64,000 nt of DNA from the human T2T-CHM13v2.0 reference genome, Homo sapiens (GCF_009914755.1 NC_060947.1); one strand, 5' to 3'. Positions 14,752 to 31,270 are shown, counted from the first letter of the stretch. Notes: generated by a model from the sequence alone, not told the origin. Translations and numbers: made by a program.

Positions 14752-15042
14752 GGCTGGGCGCGGTGGCTCACATCTGTAATCTCAGAGCTTTGGGAGGGCA
14801 AGGCGGAAGGATCACTTGAGGCCAGGAGTTCAAGACCAGCCTGGGCAACACAGTAAAACCCCGTCTCTACAAAAACTAGCCGGGCATGGTGGCATACACC
14901 TGTAGTCCCAGCTATTCGGGAGGCTGAGGCGGGAGGATCTTGAACCCAGGAGTTCGAGTCTGCAGTGAGCTACAATCGCACCACTGCACCCCAGGCTGGG
15001 TGACAGAGCAAGACCCTGTCTCTAAAAAAATAAAATAAAAAT
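14752..15042 (+). mobile_element. AluJ
   Basis: Full Alu with TSD aaacccatcagg on both sides. Confidence 0.93.
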
Positions 15043-15561
15043 AAACCCATCAGGTACTATTATGCTCATCCCCACAATGTGGGGAAATATGCTCCAATCA
15101 GGAATGCTGGCAACTCATTTTATGGCACACAGGGGCCAGAGGAGGAAGGGCTCTGTTGAAATGCAAAGCAGGGGACATTTCTCCTATTGCAGCAGGACAG
15201 GGACAGGAACTCCAGCAGCCTGCTGGATGAATGGAAAAGGGAGTTTGTGCTGACCCAACAGGGAAACCAAGTATCCGGGTAGGGCTGATTCCCTGGCTTC
15301 CCTATTGCATCTGACCAGGGATTCTACGTCCCTCACCCGCTGTGGCATATAACAAGGGATCATGGGAGAGGAAGGAACCAGAGATGTGGGGCCACTTGGT
15401 CAGCCAACTAGGGTGGTTGTTCACATGTAAGCCTAGTCCATATGTCAGCATGGACTAGTGCAGGAAGTGTCCCCATCACGGAGCCTGGCTATTACCCAGA
15501 AACTAGCCATGTGTCCTCCATGAGGACAGAGGGTGGTGTCTGGTTATTTCACATCACACAC

Positions 15562-15721
15562 TTTTTTTTTTTTTTTAGACAGGGTCTCACTCTGTTGCTC
15601 AGGCTGGAGTACAGTGGCATGGTCACAGCTCACAGCAGTCTTGATTTCCAGACTCAAGCGATCCTTCCACCTCAGCCTCCCAAAGTAGCTGGGACTATGG
15701 ACACAGGCCACCAGGCCTGGC

Positions 15722-15756
<35 letters not shown>

Positions 15757-15875
15757 GTAGAGACAGGGTCTTGTTATGTTGCCCAGGCTGGTCTTGAACT
15801 CCTGGGCTCAAGTGATCCTCCCGCCTCAGCCTCCCAAAGTACTGGGATTACAGGTGTGAGCCACTGTGCCTGGCC
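15562..15875 (-). mobile_element. AluJ with an expanded central poly-T linker
   Basis: Alu body with a T run of about 30 nt at 15724-15755. Confidence 0.92.
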
Positions 15876-16980
15876 ATACCAATGCTTTTATACAAAGAGT
15901 TATTCATATAGTATATACTCAATGGCTGGTTTTTTTCTTCAATCCGTGACACAGACCTGGCCTTCACAATGAGGTTCCACAAGTCAAGTTCTAACTGCTC
16001 ACTGTGAAAGAAAGAGGTATAGCTTCTTAAGAGCTGGCAATGTTGGTAAAATTTTTGGCAGGCTGATATCAAATATCAAATTTCACAATAAAATTTCATG
16101 AGGCCACCAAGGAGCACCTCCAAATAATTACATTCATTAATTCAGCATTTCTCTTGTGACTTAAAAATAACTGCTTTTTAAAATGGGATTTGCTCAGCCT
16201 CCTGTTCGTAATAACATAGCACTTTTCCCATAAAAATGTGTGATCAATCAAATCCTAGACACCTAATAAAATGAGTCCTTCTACAGTATGCAGAATTCTT
16301 TGGGAGAGACTCTCAAAATGGTAGGAGTCAAACGCGTTCATAAACCTGATTGCAGGACACACATTAACCTACTTTCCTGCCAATGACACTCCTGACCACC
16401 TTCAGGAGACGCTGGGGACCAAGCTGCTTTCCCAGTATTACCATGCCACCCTCCCCTCCTCCAACATCCTTGACCAAGGACTTCTGTCTGTAATAACGTT
16501 ACCCAGAGTCAAGGGTCCATGAGTGACCAAAGAAAAGAGCTTTCATTTGTTTATTTATCTGGACGTGAATTTCACTATGCCAAATCCATCCATCAACAGT
16601 GAATGAGCACCTTGGGACACTAGGCATGAAGGACAGGCTAAGTGGAAACTGACAGATATATACCAGGCCCTAAAGGAACTTACATCCGACTTCAGGGTGC
16701 AGAGAGGGTGGCCATGGTAGAGACATCAGGAAACAGCAGCAATGTGTTAATTGACTAGACTGGTTATTTTTCATCTGATGAGAAATTGTGGTCCCACGAA
16801 GTACCACATAACCCTCTCCTACTTCCTTAGCAATAGGATTTGTAAAAGCAATCAAAACAAAACCATGATCACCATATTCCAAAGGAAAAGCAAATTCTGT
16901 GGGTATTCTGGACTAGCCGTGTAACAGACAGCTTCAGCTCCTGCTGTTCTGGAAGTGCCAATGAAGAATTGATTTCATAC

Positions 16981-17061
16981 CTTTTTCTTCTGTTCTGTTT
17001 GGAAGCATTTCTGGTCTTTCAGGAGGTATCTTTTTAATTTCATGTTTTCTCTCAGTGGTGC
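16981..17061 (-). CDS. SH3KBP1: SH3KBP1 internal coding exon, proline-rich region
   Basis: ccctttccctcctag|GC ACC ACT GAG...GAA GAA AAA G|gtatga. It is 81 nt, phase 1/1, and encodes (G)[26 protein letters not shown](E). The peptide is visible inside ORF 16934..17128. Confidence 0.95.
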
Positions 17062-17479
17062 CTAGGAGGGAAAGGGTAATAGTGATCACAAAATGTTTTC
17101 TGTACTCAATTATTACACCCACCAGCATTTAAATCTTTATCAGGTAGAGCAAAGTCAGTAAGATTTTTTCCCCTGAGTTGGGCGTTAGCATTATCTGGCA
17201 AGCACGAGCTGTTTAGAAACAGAGCAGAAGACATTTCTGGCCTATGTCATTAAGTTCACCTGCCTATGTATCCTTAATTTACAAGAATACCACTAATAAT
17301 ATTTTCTGATATTTAAGCCTGATTTCCTTAGGCATCAATATAGTCACAGGAAATCACCGGGTGGGGGTGGAGAATGTGTATAAATAAATGTCAATTATCA
17401 AACTTTACAAATAAGGGGCCACTGAATGTTGTGTTCTACCAAAAAAAGGGGGTTTCATAGGAATCTGGATCCCATTTTG

Positions 17480-17965
17480 TAGCCATTTTAAAACAGGGCC
17501 TGGAATTACCTGATACTCCTCCCAGTAAGAGGTGAGGTCTACATCCCCTTGCCAGGAATGTGGGTGGGCCTGTGACTGCTTCAATCAGTGGCAGGAATGA
17601 TACCACATAACTTCCAAAGCTGAGTCATAAAAGTCCCTGTAGTTTATGCTTTATTTGCTGGAATACTGAACTTCCATGTAAGAAGTCAACTACCCTGGAG
17701 AGGCCACATACAGATGCTCCAGCCTATAGCCCCAGCTGAGCCCAGCCTTCCAGGCACCCTTGCCAAGGGGAGCCAGACACGTGAGGGAAACATTCATCTT
17801 CAAAGTGGATCCTCCAGCTTCAGCTAGTTCAGTATTCCCAGCTGAGGTCCCAGATATGACGGAGCAGAGACAAGCCAGCCCAGCCATGGTCTGTTCTTGA
17901 CCCACAGAATCCATGAACATAAGAAGGCTGTTGTTTTATGCCACCAAATTTGGGGTCCTTCAAGT
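17480..17965. mobile_element. MaLR LTR (MLT1-type)
   Basis: gcctgtgactgcttc...gaggccacatacagatgctccag...cccagctgagcccagcc...gacccacagaatccatga...gttgttttatgccac. Confidence 0.7.
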
Positions 17966-19862
17966 ATTACATTTTTTCAAATGTACCACTTAGCACTTAG
18001 CCTTTACCCACATGGACTGCAGCTGCTCCCTTACCTGGGGTTTCCTCATTGGTGCCAGTGGCCTCAGGCATGTAAGAGCACTTGAGAAATAGCTAAAGCA
18101 CAAACCAGTCAAAAGTACTCCTCTTATGTATGGACTGGGCTGAGTTCTTAACAAACTCTTTACATGACCAGTTCCAAAGATGGGTGCTTGGTACTAGAAA
18201 TCTCAATTACACAACCTCAGAGAACAAAAGAAGTTAAAAAAAATATCCACCAAACACATCCTTTACTTAATTCCTCTTAATGACTCACTACAAATTAATC
18301 ACCACATCTCATTTCTGTCAATTTCATATCTGATTTTTTTTTGGTAAAATAATCAAACGCAAGGAAAGTTGACGAGGGAGAAAATATGAATATCTATCTC
18401 CCCATTACAAAGCAGTTCCCACGATCATTCAGGCAGGATAAATGAGCAGTAATCTATAAACATTAAATGCCATCCTGCTTTGCCCCACAGAGACCCATCA
18501 TAAACTTTGGTAAAATTGTTTTAAAAGGGTAAGAATTTGCCTACCATGCTACAATCTACTCACCTAACAATAATGAAGTCGGTATCATTCCTAGAGACAC
18601 AGAAAGAACTGACAATCCTATTATACTGAAGAATCCAATCTTAGCTACATTCTAGACTGCCTGAGCCTTGGACTCCTCAACTAATCTCCACGGTCTCTGA
18701 TCAATTACCAAGGCCTACAGGGAAAGGGGTCTTCAGAGAAAAGTAAATAAATAGCTTGCTTCAATTTCAGCACAATAAAATATATGGGCAGAACCACTAG
18801 GTGGCAAAATGAAACTGCTCAATGCAAACAAGGATGGGGGCGGAGCAAAAGATGTAATTAACATCCCATTTCAGGACTTAATCTCTAATAATTCTCAACT
18901 ATGCCAAAGGGAATGGGAAAGGAATTTGGGGTCAAGTTTTTCCTCTTAACTTGGTGGGCCAAAAGAACTTAAAAATCACTTCTTAATAAGTTTATAAATA
19001 AACCAATCTTGAAATTTATTCATAATTTAACTGTTATAGAAATATAATTGTGAATGTGTAGAACTAAAAATACCCTTTCTCTTCTATTTTAGTTGTTAAT
19101 TTTTTAAAATGCTACTTAACTAATAACTCATGGAGGAATTTTTCCCTATAATTAATTTTAACTATTATAAAGAGGAGTTCTACCGGGAAATATGAAATAT
19201 CTTTTTATATATGAGAATCCAGTGTGAAACAAGCTACCAAATGTTCAACATCAATTCTTCCTATATTATTCAACCTGAATATCTGAACTACACAGAAAAA
19301 AAGTGAATTAGACTCTTCAAAATTAAACAAGAATCATAAGGAAAAGTATTTATTGCTAGAAAAACATCTTTTTGTTGAGGGGTAAGTGAAGTCAGTACAA
19401 ATTTTGGTTAACCACATGGGACAGATATCGAAAATTCAGCAACACTATATACGCACAACAATGCTATGACCTGTGGGAAACAATCTTCCCTAAGCTGACC
19501 TTCAACTGGGCACATGAGAAACAGGGCAATTCAGTTCTTTTCTCCTCAAAAGCTGTTTACTTAAAAAAACCCAAACTTGTTTTTTTTGTTTGTTTGTTTG
19601 TTTGTTTTAATTCTTTCTGATCATTCTCATTGGGAGCCTAGATTTTTACACTATATCAGGGTCACATTTTAATGGTATGTTTATCTTTTAGGAAAAACAG
19701 AAGTATCTTTAAAACCTGCCTGCTGAGACCAAATCGTAACTTCCCAAGTAGTCAATCTATGGCACTTGAACCAGGAATCCCGAACTCTACACTGAGGATG
19801 ATTTGAATATATGCAAAAAGAAAGACGCATATTTTATTTGATGGAACTGAAAGGTACATTAC

Positions 19863-19914
19863 CTGCCCCTTGTTTGATGACAGGAGCGGATGGAGGCGGT
19901 GGCTTCTTGGGTCT
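19863..19914 (-). CDS. SH3KBP1: SH3KBP1 internal coding exon, start of the proline-rich region
   Basis: atttttcag|AGA CCC AAG AAG CCA CCG CCT...GGG GCA G|gtaatg. It is 52 nt, phase 0/1, and encodes RPKKPPPPSAPVIKQGA(G). Confidence 0.95.
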
Positions 19915-22210
19915 CTGAAAAATTAATAAAAATTATACCACATGAGATTGTTGGCAAGCCTGTCCTCTCACAGAAGGACCACAGACATTGTTTTCTATGT
20001 GCAGTTTGGACAATTTAGAGAACCTCTCCAAAAAAATTGAGCAATTCTCTCTCCAGGGACGTCAGTTTTTGGCACCTCTAAACAAACACTAAAATAAATC
20101 CAGTCGGCAAAACAAAACTCCAATCGACAAATGAAACGCCATTTCCCCCTTTCTAAATTTGTAACAGCCTTCTGGAAAAGCACGGCTCAGCAAAAATGGC
20201 CTGAAACCAGCAAGCACAATGGTACTCCTACGCTGAAGCTGCATTTGCAATTAAGATTTAATCTGCTGAATAACCATGCATTCGAAAAGAGTCACTGTAA
20301 AGATTCAAAATTGAATCTGCTCTGGATGTAGGACTCTCAACAAAATGCAGGCTGAGGGCCCACTGCAGCCACATCAGGTTGCAAGCCTTCTGCCCCTTTC
20401 TACACCGAGGCTGGCAGGCCATTTGTTAGACACCCCACAGACTCATTGTACATGTGATAAACTGGAACAGAGAGGGATTTTTTTTGTTGTTGTTTTTTGG
20501 TTTGTTTTTTTTTTTTTTGCATATCAGCCGTGATTTGTTTTTCTCACATGCTGTCACTCTGTAGGTGATGGAGGTAGCAGTGCAATCAATGGCATTCATC
20601 CCTGAACTGGTTCCAGAGTAGCCAGCATTTTCTTGCCACCTAGGATTGACTGTGGGAGAGAGATGATCAGGCTGGACTTGGAAAATTATTCCATGGCCAA
20701 AAAATCCAGCCAGGGCACTGTTCTCAGACAGCTGTGTTAGGGGGAAGCAGTGATCTCTGATTCTGGGTGCATATGTGTGCGCACACGTGTGTGTGTCATT
20801 CTTAATGTTTTTCTGTATTGTCTCTATGAGTGCAGAGAAATATACTTTATTAAAATAAAGAAAGCTGCTCTAAGGGCCACCTGCCCTTACACACAGGTCC
20901 TCCATGGGATGGATGTGTTTCTGCCTCATGATCTCACATTATTCTTTCCCCTTTTGCCAGCCCCTTCTAGCTCTCTACTAACTCTTTTTCTTCCTCCCTT
21001 CTCTGTCGTTGTGTTAATTATCCTGGGGACAGATGTGTGTTTACCTAACAAAAGTATCAGTGAAGTTCTGCCAGTTAACCTTCCTTTACCTCGGAATCAG
21101 AGTACAGGCATACCTCAGAGATAACGCAAACTCGGTTTTAGACCACTGCAATAAAGCGAGTCACAGGAATTTTTTTGGTTTCCTGGTGCACATAAAAGTT
21201 ATGTTTATGCTCTACTGTAGCTTATTCAGTGTGTGATAGCATGTCTAAAAAAGCAATGTACGTACCTTAATTTAAAAATACTTCACTGCTAGAAAAAACT
21301 AATGATATCTGAGCCTTCAGCGAGTTGTAAACTTTTTGCTGGGGGAGGGTCTTGCCTCAATGTTGACAGCAGCTGACTGATCAGGGTGGTGGTGGCTGAA
21401 GGTTGGGGTGACTGTAGCAATTCCTTAAAATAGGACAACAATGAAGTTTGCCATATTGATTGACTTTCTTTCGTGAAAAATTTTTCTGTATCATGCGATG
21501 CTGTTTGATAGCATTTTACCCAGAGTAGAACATCTTTCAATACTGGAGTCAATCCTCTCAAATCCCGCCACTGCTTTATCACTAAGCATATGTAATACTC
21601 TAAACCCGTTGTTGTCATTTCAACAATGTTCACAGCATCTTCACCAGGAGTAGATTCCATCTCAAGAAATCACTGTCTTCGCTCATCCATAAGAAGTAAC
21701 TCTTCATTCATTCAAGGTTGATCATGAGATTGCAGCAATTCAGTCATATCTTCAGGCTCCACTTCAAATTCTAGTCCTCTTGCTATTTCCGCCACATCTG
21801 CAGTTACTTCCTCCACTGAAGTCTTGAACCCCTGAAAGTCATCCCTGAGGGTTGGAATCAACTTCTTCCAAACCCCTGTTAATGTTGATATTTTGACCTC
21901 CTCCCATGAATCAAAAATATTCTTACTGGTATCTAGAATGGTGAGCCCTTTCCAGAATTATTTCAATTGACTTTCCCCAGATCCATCAGAGGAATCACTA
22001 TCTACGGCAGCTATAGACTTATAAAATGTATTTCTTAAATAACAAGACTTGAAAGTTGAAACGACTCTGATCCATGGGCTGCAGAACGGATGTTGTAGTA
22101 GCAGGCATGAAAACGGCATTCATCTTCTTATACATCTCCATCTGGGCTCTTGGGTGACCAGATGCATTGTCAATAAGCAGTAATATTTTGAAAGGAATCT
22201 TTTTTTCTAA

Positions 22211-22642
<432 letters not shown>

Positions 22643-23093
22643 TAAGTGCCCCAGGATTTTCAGAATGGTAAATGAGCACCAGCTTCAACTTAAAGTCACC
22701 AGATGCATTAGCCCCTACTAAGAGAGTCAGCCTGCCCTTTGAAGCTTTGAGGCCAGATATCAACTTCTCTAGCTATGAAAGTCCTAGATTATCTCTTCTT
22801 TCAATCAAAGGCTGTTTCATCAATGGAAAATCTGTTGTTTAGTGTAGCCACCTTCATCAAAGCTAGATCTTCTGGATAACTTGCTGCAGCTTCTCCATCA
22901 GCACTTGCTGCTTCACCTTGTACTTTTATGTTATAGAGATGGTGTCTTTCCTTAAACCTCAATAACCAACCTCTGCTGGCTTCCAACTTTTCTTGTGCAG
23001 CTTCTTCACTTCTCTCAGCCTTCATAGACTTGAATAGTTAGGGCCTTGCTCTGAATTAGACCTTGGCTTAAAGAAGTGTTGTGGCTGGTTTGA

Positions 23094-23306
<213 letters not shown>

Positions 23307-24779
23307 TAAGGCTGTTTTACTTTCTTATCATTCATGTGTTTACTGGAGCAGCACTTTTAATTTCCTTCACAAATTTTTCCTTTGCATTCACAGCTTGTCT
23401 AACTGTTTAGTGCAAGAGGCCTAGCTTTTGGCCTGTCTCAGCTTTCAACATGCCTTCTTCACTAAGCTCGATCATTTCTAGCTTTTGATTTAAAGTGACA
23501 GATATGTGGCTTTTCCTTTCACTTGAACACTTACAGGCTATCACAGGGCTGTTAGTTTGCCTCATTTCAACATTGTTACATACCAGGAAATAGTGAAGCC
23601 CAAGGAGAGGGAGAGATGGGGAATCGTAGGTCAATGGAGTAGTCAGAACACACACAACATCGATCAATTAAGTTTGCCATCTTATATGGGCACAGTTTAT
23701 GGTGCCTCAAAACAATTACAATAGTAATGTCAAAGATCACTGATCACAGATTACCCATAACAGGTATAATAATAATAAAAAAGTTTGAAATGTTGTGAGA
23801 ATTACCAAAATGTAACACAAAGACATGAAGTGAGCACATGCTATTGGGAAAATAGCGCCAGTAGGTTTGCTCCACATAGGGTTACCACAACCATTGAATT
23901 TGTAAAAAACGCAATATCTGAAACACAATGAAGGAATGCACAGAAGAATGAAGTATGCCTGTCATTCCTTATTTACAAAACTGCCAACACCCCGTGGCCT
24001 TATTCTTCCCAGCCAAGTCCCAAGGACACCTACCCCTGGACATCTTCCTCACTCCTTGCTGGTCTGAATTTTTCTATAGCCAATTTCACATGAGCCTCCT
24101 TTCGCTGAGGCCATTACCCCAGCGACCTTGCCTCAAACCACAGGGCCCCAAATTTAAAAACGACAATTACAAGTCATCATATTTTCCAAGATTACTGGTC
24201 AAAGAAAAAAAAAATCCCTTTAATGTTGTGTCACATTTAGCATGTAGCAGACACATGAAATGTGACAGAGCAGAGCAGAGGGGCACCAGGGGAGGGAGAG
24301 AGGAAAATGTTGCACTAACAGACAGTGTATGAAGAGTGTGGTCACAGCAAGCATGTGTGTGAATGTGGCAAAGGACAGAGACAGAAGTGTGAAGTTTTGT
24401 TCGGAAACCCGGCAGTTGCAGAGGCAGTTGGGAGCACAGTTTTGAAAGGAAGGAACAGTTTGTGAGCTGTCTGTCTTGCATCTACCACTCTTGATCAATG
24501 CTGGCCAGGTGCCTGCTTTGCTTACTAGCAGAGGGGGTTCACAAGTTTTCCTCTTTTTTAATCCTTTACTGACTTCACTTTCTCTGGTTCCATCAAACTT
24601 AGCCTTCATGCTTTTTCAAAGGAGAAAAGATGCCATATTTTCAAACAGGATGTCTTTAAGGTAATTCTAAATAAAAATCAGGACCAGGGTTCTATGCGGC
24701 TGTAGACTGTCCCCCTCCCCAAAATGATTCATAAAGTATTGCACATGGGCCTACAATGTTTTTTAAAAAATGCAACAGG

Positions 24780-25429
<650 letters not shown>

Positions 25430-28400
25430 TCACTATTCTCAAATAAAAAGACATGAAGAGATCATTTAGTTGATTTCCCTCCAAACATCCCATTGTGACT
25501 GGATAAAGAAAATGGGGCTGGGGTCCTCCGGGCTAAGTAGTAGGTCAAGGTTTCCTGTGTGGAGTTTAACAGTAATAAGATATTAACCAGCTCCTATAGG
25601 TGCACACCCAAAAACATCCTTTCAACTCAGGCAAGTATTTAAGTCCTGAGTTTCTAGAGGCACTTGTTCTGTTTATTCTCTTTATCCCTCCCTCCATGGT
25701 GAAGGTAAAATGCTCCAGCTCCAACCTCAGGTGGCTTCAGCCTGCTCAATTTGCAGGTAAGTGCTAAAAAAAAACAGTGGATATTAAGAGCTGCAAGTCA
25801 TCACAGGAGTCCCCCCTGCAGCTGAGATCACTGAGGCCCAGAAAGGCTGTTTCAACAGCTAGTTGGTAGCCAGAGGGCCCAGAACTCTACGTTTCTCAAT
25901 GTCCAGACTACGGGAATTCATTTCACAAGAACCAACATGAATATAATGGTAACAAAGTCAATGAACCCACATTTTCTGATTTCTGGGAGAGCCGAATGCC
26001 TTCCATAGTCTTCATATATGGAGGGAGCACAGGCCTAAGTGCACATGCGTCTGTGTCTGCTTGTGTGCGGGGTTGTTGGCTGGCACCAAGACATGCAGAC
26101 ACCATCCTTCAAAGGATATATTAGCTAGATTTGATTTTTACCTTTACATTACCAGGAAGGAAATAGATATAAACGTTCTGGAATGAGAATGGCAGGAAGA
26201 CAAGCTTTGTTTCCTGTGAAGGATTTCAGAACTGACTCTGCCCTTTGCTTGGCAAGACTGGCCCTTCCCAAGCAAAAGGCTCATTGGCTGGCTCAACTGT
26301 TCCCCTGGCAGGAATCTGGTTTGCTACTTTGCCTCTTGAGCTGGTTTGCCTTCAGAGCTCTGGCCCCAGAGATGTGATTTGGTAAAAACAAACAAACACA
26401 AACAGAAGTGTACCCTGATGGCTGGGTAACCTTTAAAGGGCTTCGTTAGAGGAATATGGTGAGGTTCTGGAAGTAAGTCTCAGCTTGATTTTCAGCAATT
26501 CTGGACTTTGGGAGACCTCCTCCACACATCCCACTAAGTTCTCTGGCGGTGTCTGTGGGTGAGGCTGGAGAGGGGACACAAATGGACAGCTCCTGATTAG
26601 GGCACCCCTTTGCAGCTCTAGAAACACATGGGGATCTCCACTCTGCCCTTTTCTCCCCTGCCCCTAGAGGAACAGCCACACCTTTGAAATGTGCAGCTAA
26701 AGCTATGCTCTAGGTGATGACAGTGTCTTAAACTGCACCTCTGTACCCTATAGAGTCCCCAGCAACTGCCTGCCCTGTCACCCGCACTGGAGATCCCCAG
26801 GGACCTAGGGAATCTGCTCTTGGAAGAGTCTTTCTCTAGTTTCCTTCCTCAGCCTCTGGCCTAGTGGTCTACATCCATCATCTCCCATTCAGACTGATGG
26901 CCTATTGGGTGGTCAGCCAGGCCTTGGCATTTGGTTTCTCCCTAAGATGCTCTCACAGTTCACCCCTTGGCTCACCCCTTCATTCCATCTGCCCCACCCT
27001 GAAAGTGATGCCTTGATTCCATGCCCAGACCCCATGATCAGATGGAAGGATCTGGGCCTCTCTTGGTCTAGGAAGGACAATCTGACAGGAGGCCAGCTTC
27101 CCCCTGCCCCTCCCTTCCACTCTTCCTCCTCTTTTGTACAAGAGAAAGCAGCAAGCAGGAGAGGAGAGGCAGGAGGAAGAGAAGATACACTCTGGCACCA
27201 ACCAACTAAAGGACCATGGGTTCTTCACCAGCAACCATGTACCATGCATGCTGTAAGGCCCCATGAAGGAGAAGCTTGGGACATGGGCTCTGCCTTCAAA
27301 GACTACAGGCTGTAAGTACAGCTGGAGAAGGGAGAGGGAATACCATCTGGGTGGCTTTGAGAAAGTCCACTGGGGCTGAGTCAATAGGCCATACTCAGAT
27401 GACATTAACTCCTTGACAAACCCCATTTCTTTGCATGTGAAACCACCCATGAAACTAAATGTTCAAGACAGATAATGTTTAGGTAAATTTTTTTCATAAG
27501 GCTGCTTATTAGAAGCACATATTTCTTTCTTTTGGAAGGCTAAAAAATAGGGAAATTATCGGGCATCTTCAGAAACTAGAAAAACAACAGTTCTTGTTAT
27601 AGATGCCACGTTTTCAAACAAGATGTCTTTTAAGATGATTCTAAATAAAAATTAGGGCCAGGGCTAAAGGCTAAAGGACATGATGAATAATAAAGAAAAT
27701 GTTGACTAAGAACAGATTTTACGGACTGAGTTGTCAGAAGATGGAGGCTAAGTAAGGTGAGGGGCCTCCTACGAATTTGGTATAGGGAAGGTAGAGTTAA
27801 ACCAGCAAAATTCGGCCATTGTGGGAATCGAGCAAGAGACTTCCTTTCTTGCAAAAGTTTGGAACCTGCAAAACTTGTGCTAAAAAAAATCGTAAGAGGG
27901 TGGGTTGGCACATGATTATAATGGAGAAAGTGGGAAATCTAACTGATTGCATCACAATGTGTCTGGAGATTGATGTGAACAGGAAGGGTCCAGTCAGTCA
28001 TGAAAACAAAGACAAATGGAGGCCGAAGGCAGTGGTGCAGTGCTCTTAGAAGTATCATCAAGGCTTAGTTGACTTCAACACATGGTTCCCTTGGCAGATC
28101 TTTCCCTTTGGTGCATGAAGGAGCCTCAAGTGATACCTGCCAGACCCTTGGTAAGAACAACAAACTCCTCTTGTTTTGATTCCTTGCCCTCCCGGAAAGC
28201 ACCGGATAAACGTGGCTTCTGGTGGAACCCGGCTTCTAAGGAATCAGACCCATAGGGGACAAAATGACCGGGGCAGGCAGACCTCTGCGTTCCAGACTGG
28301 CTGACATCTGAGTTCTTGTTGTGATGAGTAAGCTGGCTGCCTGCTACCTGATTAAGTCTCTGTGACTCAGCAAAGGCGAGCCTGCATCATACTCACAGGG

Positions 28401-28568
28401 ACATCTTCGAGGGCAGGTTTCTGAGTCCCTGAGGCTGAGCTCCCACTGGGGAGCATTCATTAGGGAAACGCCTATGGGAATCTTAGCAATGCCATCATTC
28501 TTGACTTGCACTAACACTGAAGAGCCCTCCAAATAAATGCATGGTAGATCAGTAATATCTTCTGGTGA

Positions 28569-28907
<339 letters not shown>

Positions 28908-30179
28908 TAAATAACACTATCTTTCAAAATACCTATTCTAATTTTGTTCTTTTTTTAATGACAGTGAGCAGTTGTTTCTGCTGTTTTTGAGAGTCTAAGT
29001 TCCCCGTTAGCCTTCTGTAACAATGACACAGCACACACACTGCTTCATTAGAGTTCTCAGAATATTTAATCTTTCCGTTCTGGTATTCAATTTTACTGTC
29101 AAGGCCAAAAATAAACAGACAGCCATTGAATCTAGGTTCTCTTATAAATAGCTTACATAATTGCTCTAAAATATGCACCAAGAGATCAACGGATGCTCTT
29201 CTGGAATATCTTGAGGAAAAACCCCAAAGCATTTGTTACCCTGGTGAGGGAGAATCCACTAAGCACTCTCCGAAAGAAAGATGGCCAGGAATTCCAAAAG
29301 GCCTTGTAGTAACTACCTGAATTCACACCCCAGCAGAAAATATGTCAGCCTTATCAGAATGCTCTGCGGATGCCTACGGAGTCAAGAGGCCTGCTGTTGA
29401 ATAAATGCCGTTTGCTTCTGTCTACCCTAATCATCACAGATCGTCCTCTTTTCTGGGTGAATGATTGTAACCCCAGTCACTGGCAAGACAAGATGACATC
29501 TGCTGACACCAGTGGCAGAACGTTTCAGACTCTAGCATTCACATAGTGCCTTCGTGTTAATGATTCTAATCATCTTCACACCCTCAGCGCAGCAAATGAC
29601 AGCCCTATCTCCAGTCGCATTGTCACCAACTCACCAATACTCTGGGTGCAGCAATAAAGGCTGGTATAACAACCAATGTGAAGATGGTTGGCTGGTTTTT
29701 ATAGACCAGAGGAGATGGAATGGGATGTTATACTTTGAATTTTCTGGAAGTTAAATGTTAGGTTATACAATCACTTTTCAGCTATAGGTATTACTTTGTC
29801 TGACGGGTATGACTATTGTTTCCCTTAAATTGGGTTTTCTGCTTCATAAGGACAAGGTTAAAAGACTTATCAAAGAGATGGCGGCTGCTTGTGGGGGATT
29901 AGAGAGATGCCCATGGGGCCCCAGAGAGCGTGCATGTCCCAAAGAGCGTGCCATGCCCAGTCCACTCATCACTGACAACTTCACTCTCCTGGTGGAAGTG
30001 CTTCCCTTAATAGCTTATGTAACACAGAGCTTCTAGAAAAGTACTGTATGGAGTAGCTCTCACCTGAGTGAATTTACTGCCCCCCCCCAAGACATGACTG
30101 GGAATTAGAAGGCATGCTTTACCCATTTGTTAAAAGAATGATCTAGATTTTACCCTAGTCTTCAAAACCCTACTGCCCA

Positions 30180-30310
30180 TCACCACACAAATAACGACGT
30201 GAGGTAATGCATATGGTAATTAGCTAGATTCAGTCATTCCACAATGTATATATACTTAAAAGCATCACGTTGTAAACATTAAATACAATTTTATCTGTCA
30301 ATTAAAAAAA
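30180..30310 (+). mobile_element. Short L1MA-type 3' end
   Basis: gtgaggtaatgcatatggtaattagctagatt...cattccacaatgtatatatac...ttttatctgtcaattaaaaaaa. Possible TSD tactgcc. Confidence 0.75.
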
Positions 30311-31009
30311 CATACTGCCTCAATCAGAACCAATAAGGTGGCAAATGTCTAGTAAGATGGTATGCTTGCTAAGATTCCTTGGTCGAAGGGAGAGGAGTCA
30401 CCATGAAGGTCTTGGCGCCCAAATGCTTCAGGATGTGCCTAGCTTTTACCAGCCTCACAAAGATAGGGGAGAAGCGGGGTATGGGCAGACTGAACAGCCC
30501 CCTTGCCTCCACTCACTTGGAGAGGCCTATATCAAGTGTCCTTTCAGAAGAGTCTGGCAGGTCTCCATGGCCCTAAACGCCAGACCTAACTGCCTAACTC
30601 TAAGCTCACAAGGACAGTACCCATGTGCACGCTTCACTTTCAATCAACCAGCACAGTGGCCAGCCCAGAGAAAGGACTCAATAAATACTGAATGAGTGAA
30701 TGAAAATAAAACATTTATCAGGCAGCAGATCCAGAAAAAAAAACCATGACAAATAACATAAAGATTATGCCATTCTGTGCTCACGTGTCTCTACCAATAC
30801 ATTTTCTAAGTTGCTAGATTTATTTCTAATGGCTATTTATCAAAGTTTTTAGATGCATTTGGATTCCTAGGGAAGCTCGCCAAGATACCAAGATAACTGT
30901 GTTGATTTGATGAGCTGGAGCAAAAAGAACTAGAGTCAGCCTTCTATCATTACTTCACAGTTTTAGCTAGAGTCTTCCTACCCTCGTGGTAAATAGTAAT
31001 TATAAAGAC

Positions 31010-31270
31010 TGGAATAGTTAATCTGTGTGAGGCATTTACCAACTACTAGGCACCATGTTTAAGAATTTATGTGCATCATCCCAGTAAATCTTCTCTCAAC
31101 ACTTCGACAAGGTAGGTACAATTATTCTCATGATTTTATGGATGAGAATGCAGAGGCTTAGAGACATTCAGTGACTCGGGTTTGGCTATAGAACAAGTAA
31201 GTGACAGAACCAGGATTCAAACCCAGATCTATCTGATGCCACAGCCTAGGGTCACAACCACTGTACTCTT
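31010..31270. mobile_element. MIR
   Basis: aggtaggtac...attttatggatgag...gaggcttagaga...caggattcaaacccagatctatctga. Confidence 0.75.

Noticed and set aside
16684-16774. Possible 91-nt cryptic exon (tttctcatcag|ATG...GGAT|gtaagt on the minus strand)
   Set aside because: It has splice-like motifs only, would frameshift, and is not part of the CIN85 peptide I recognise. Such pseudo-exons are common.
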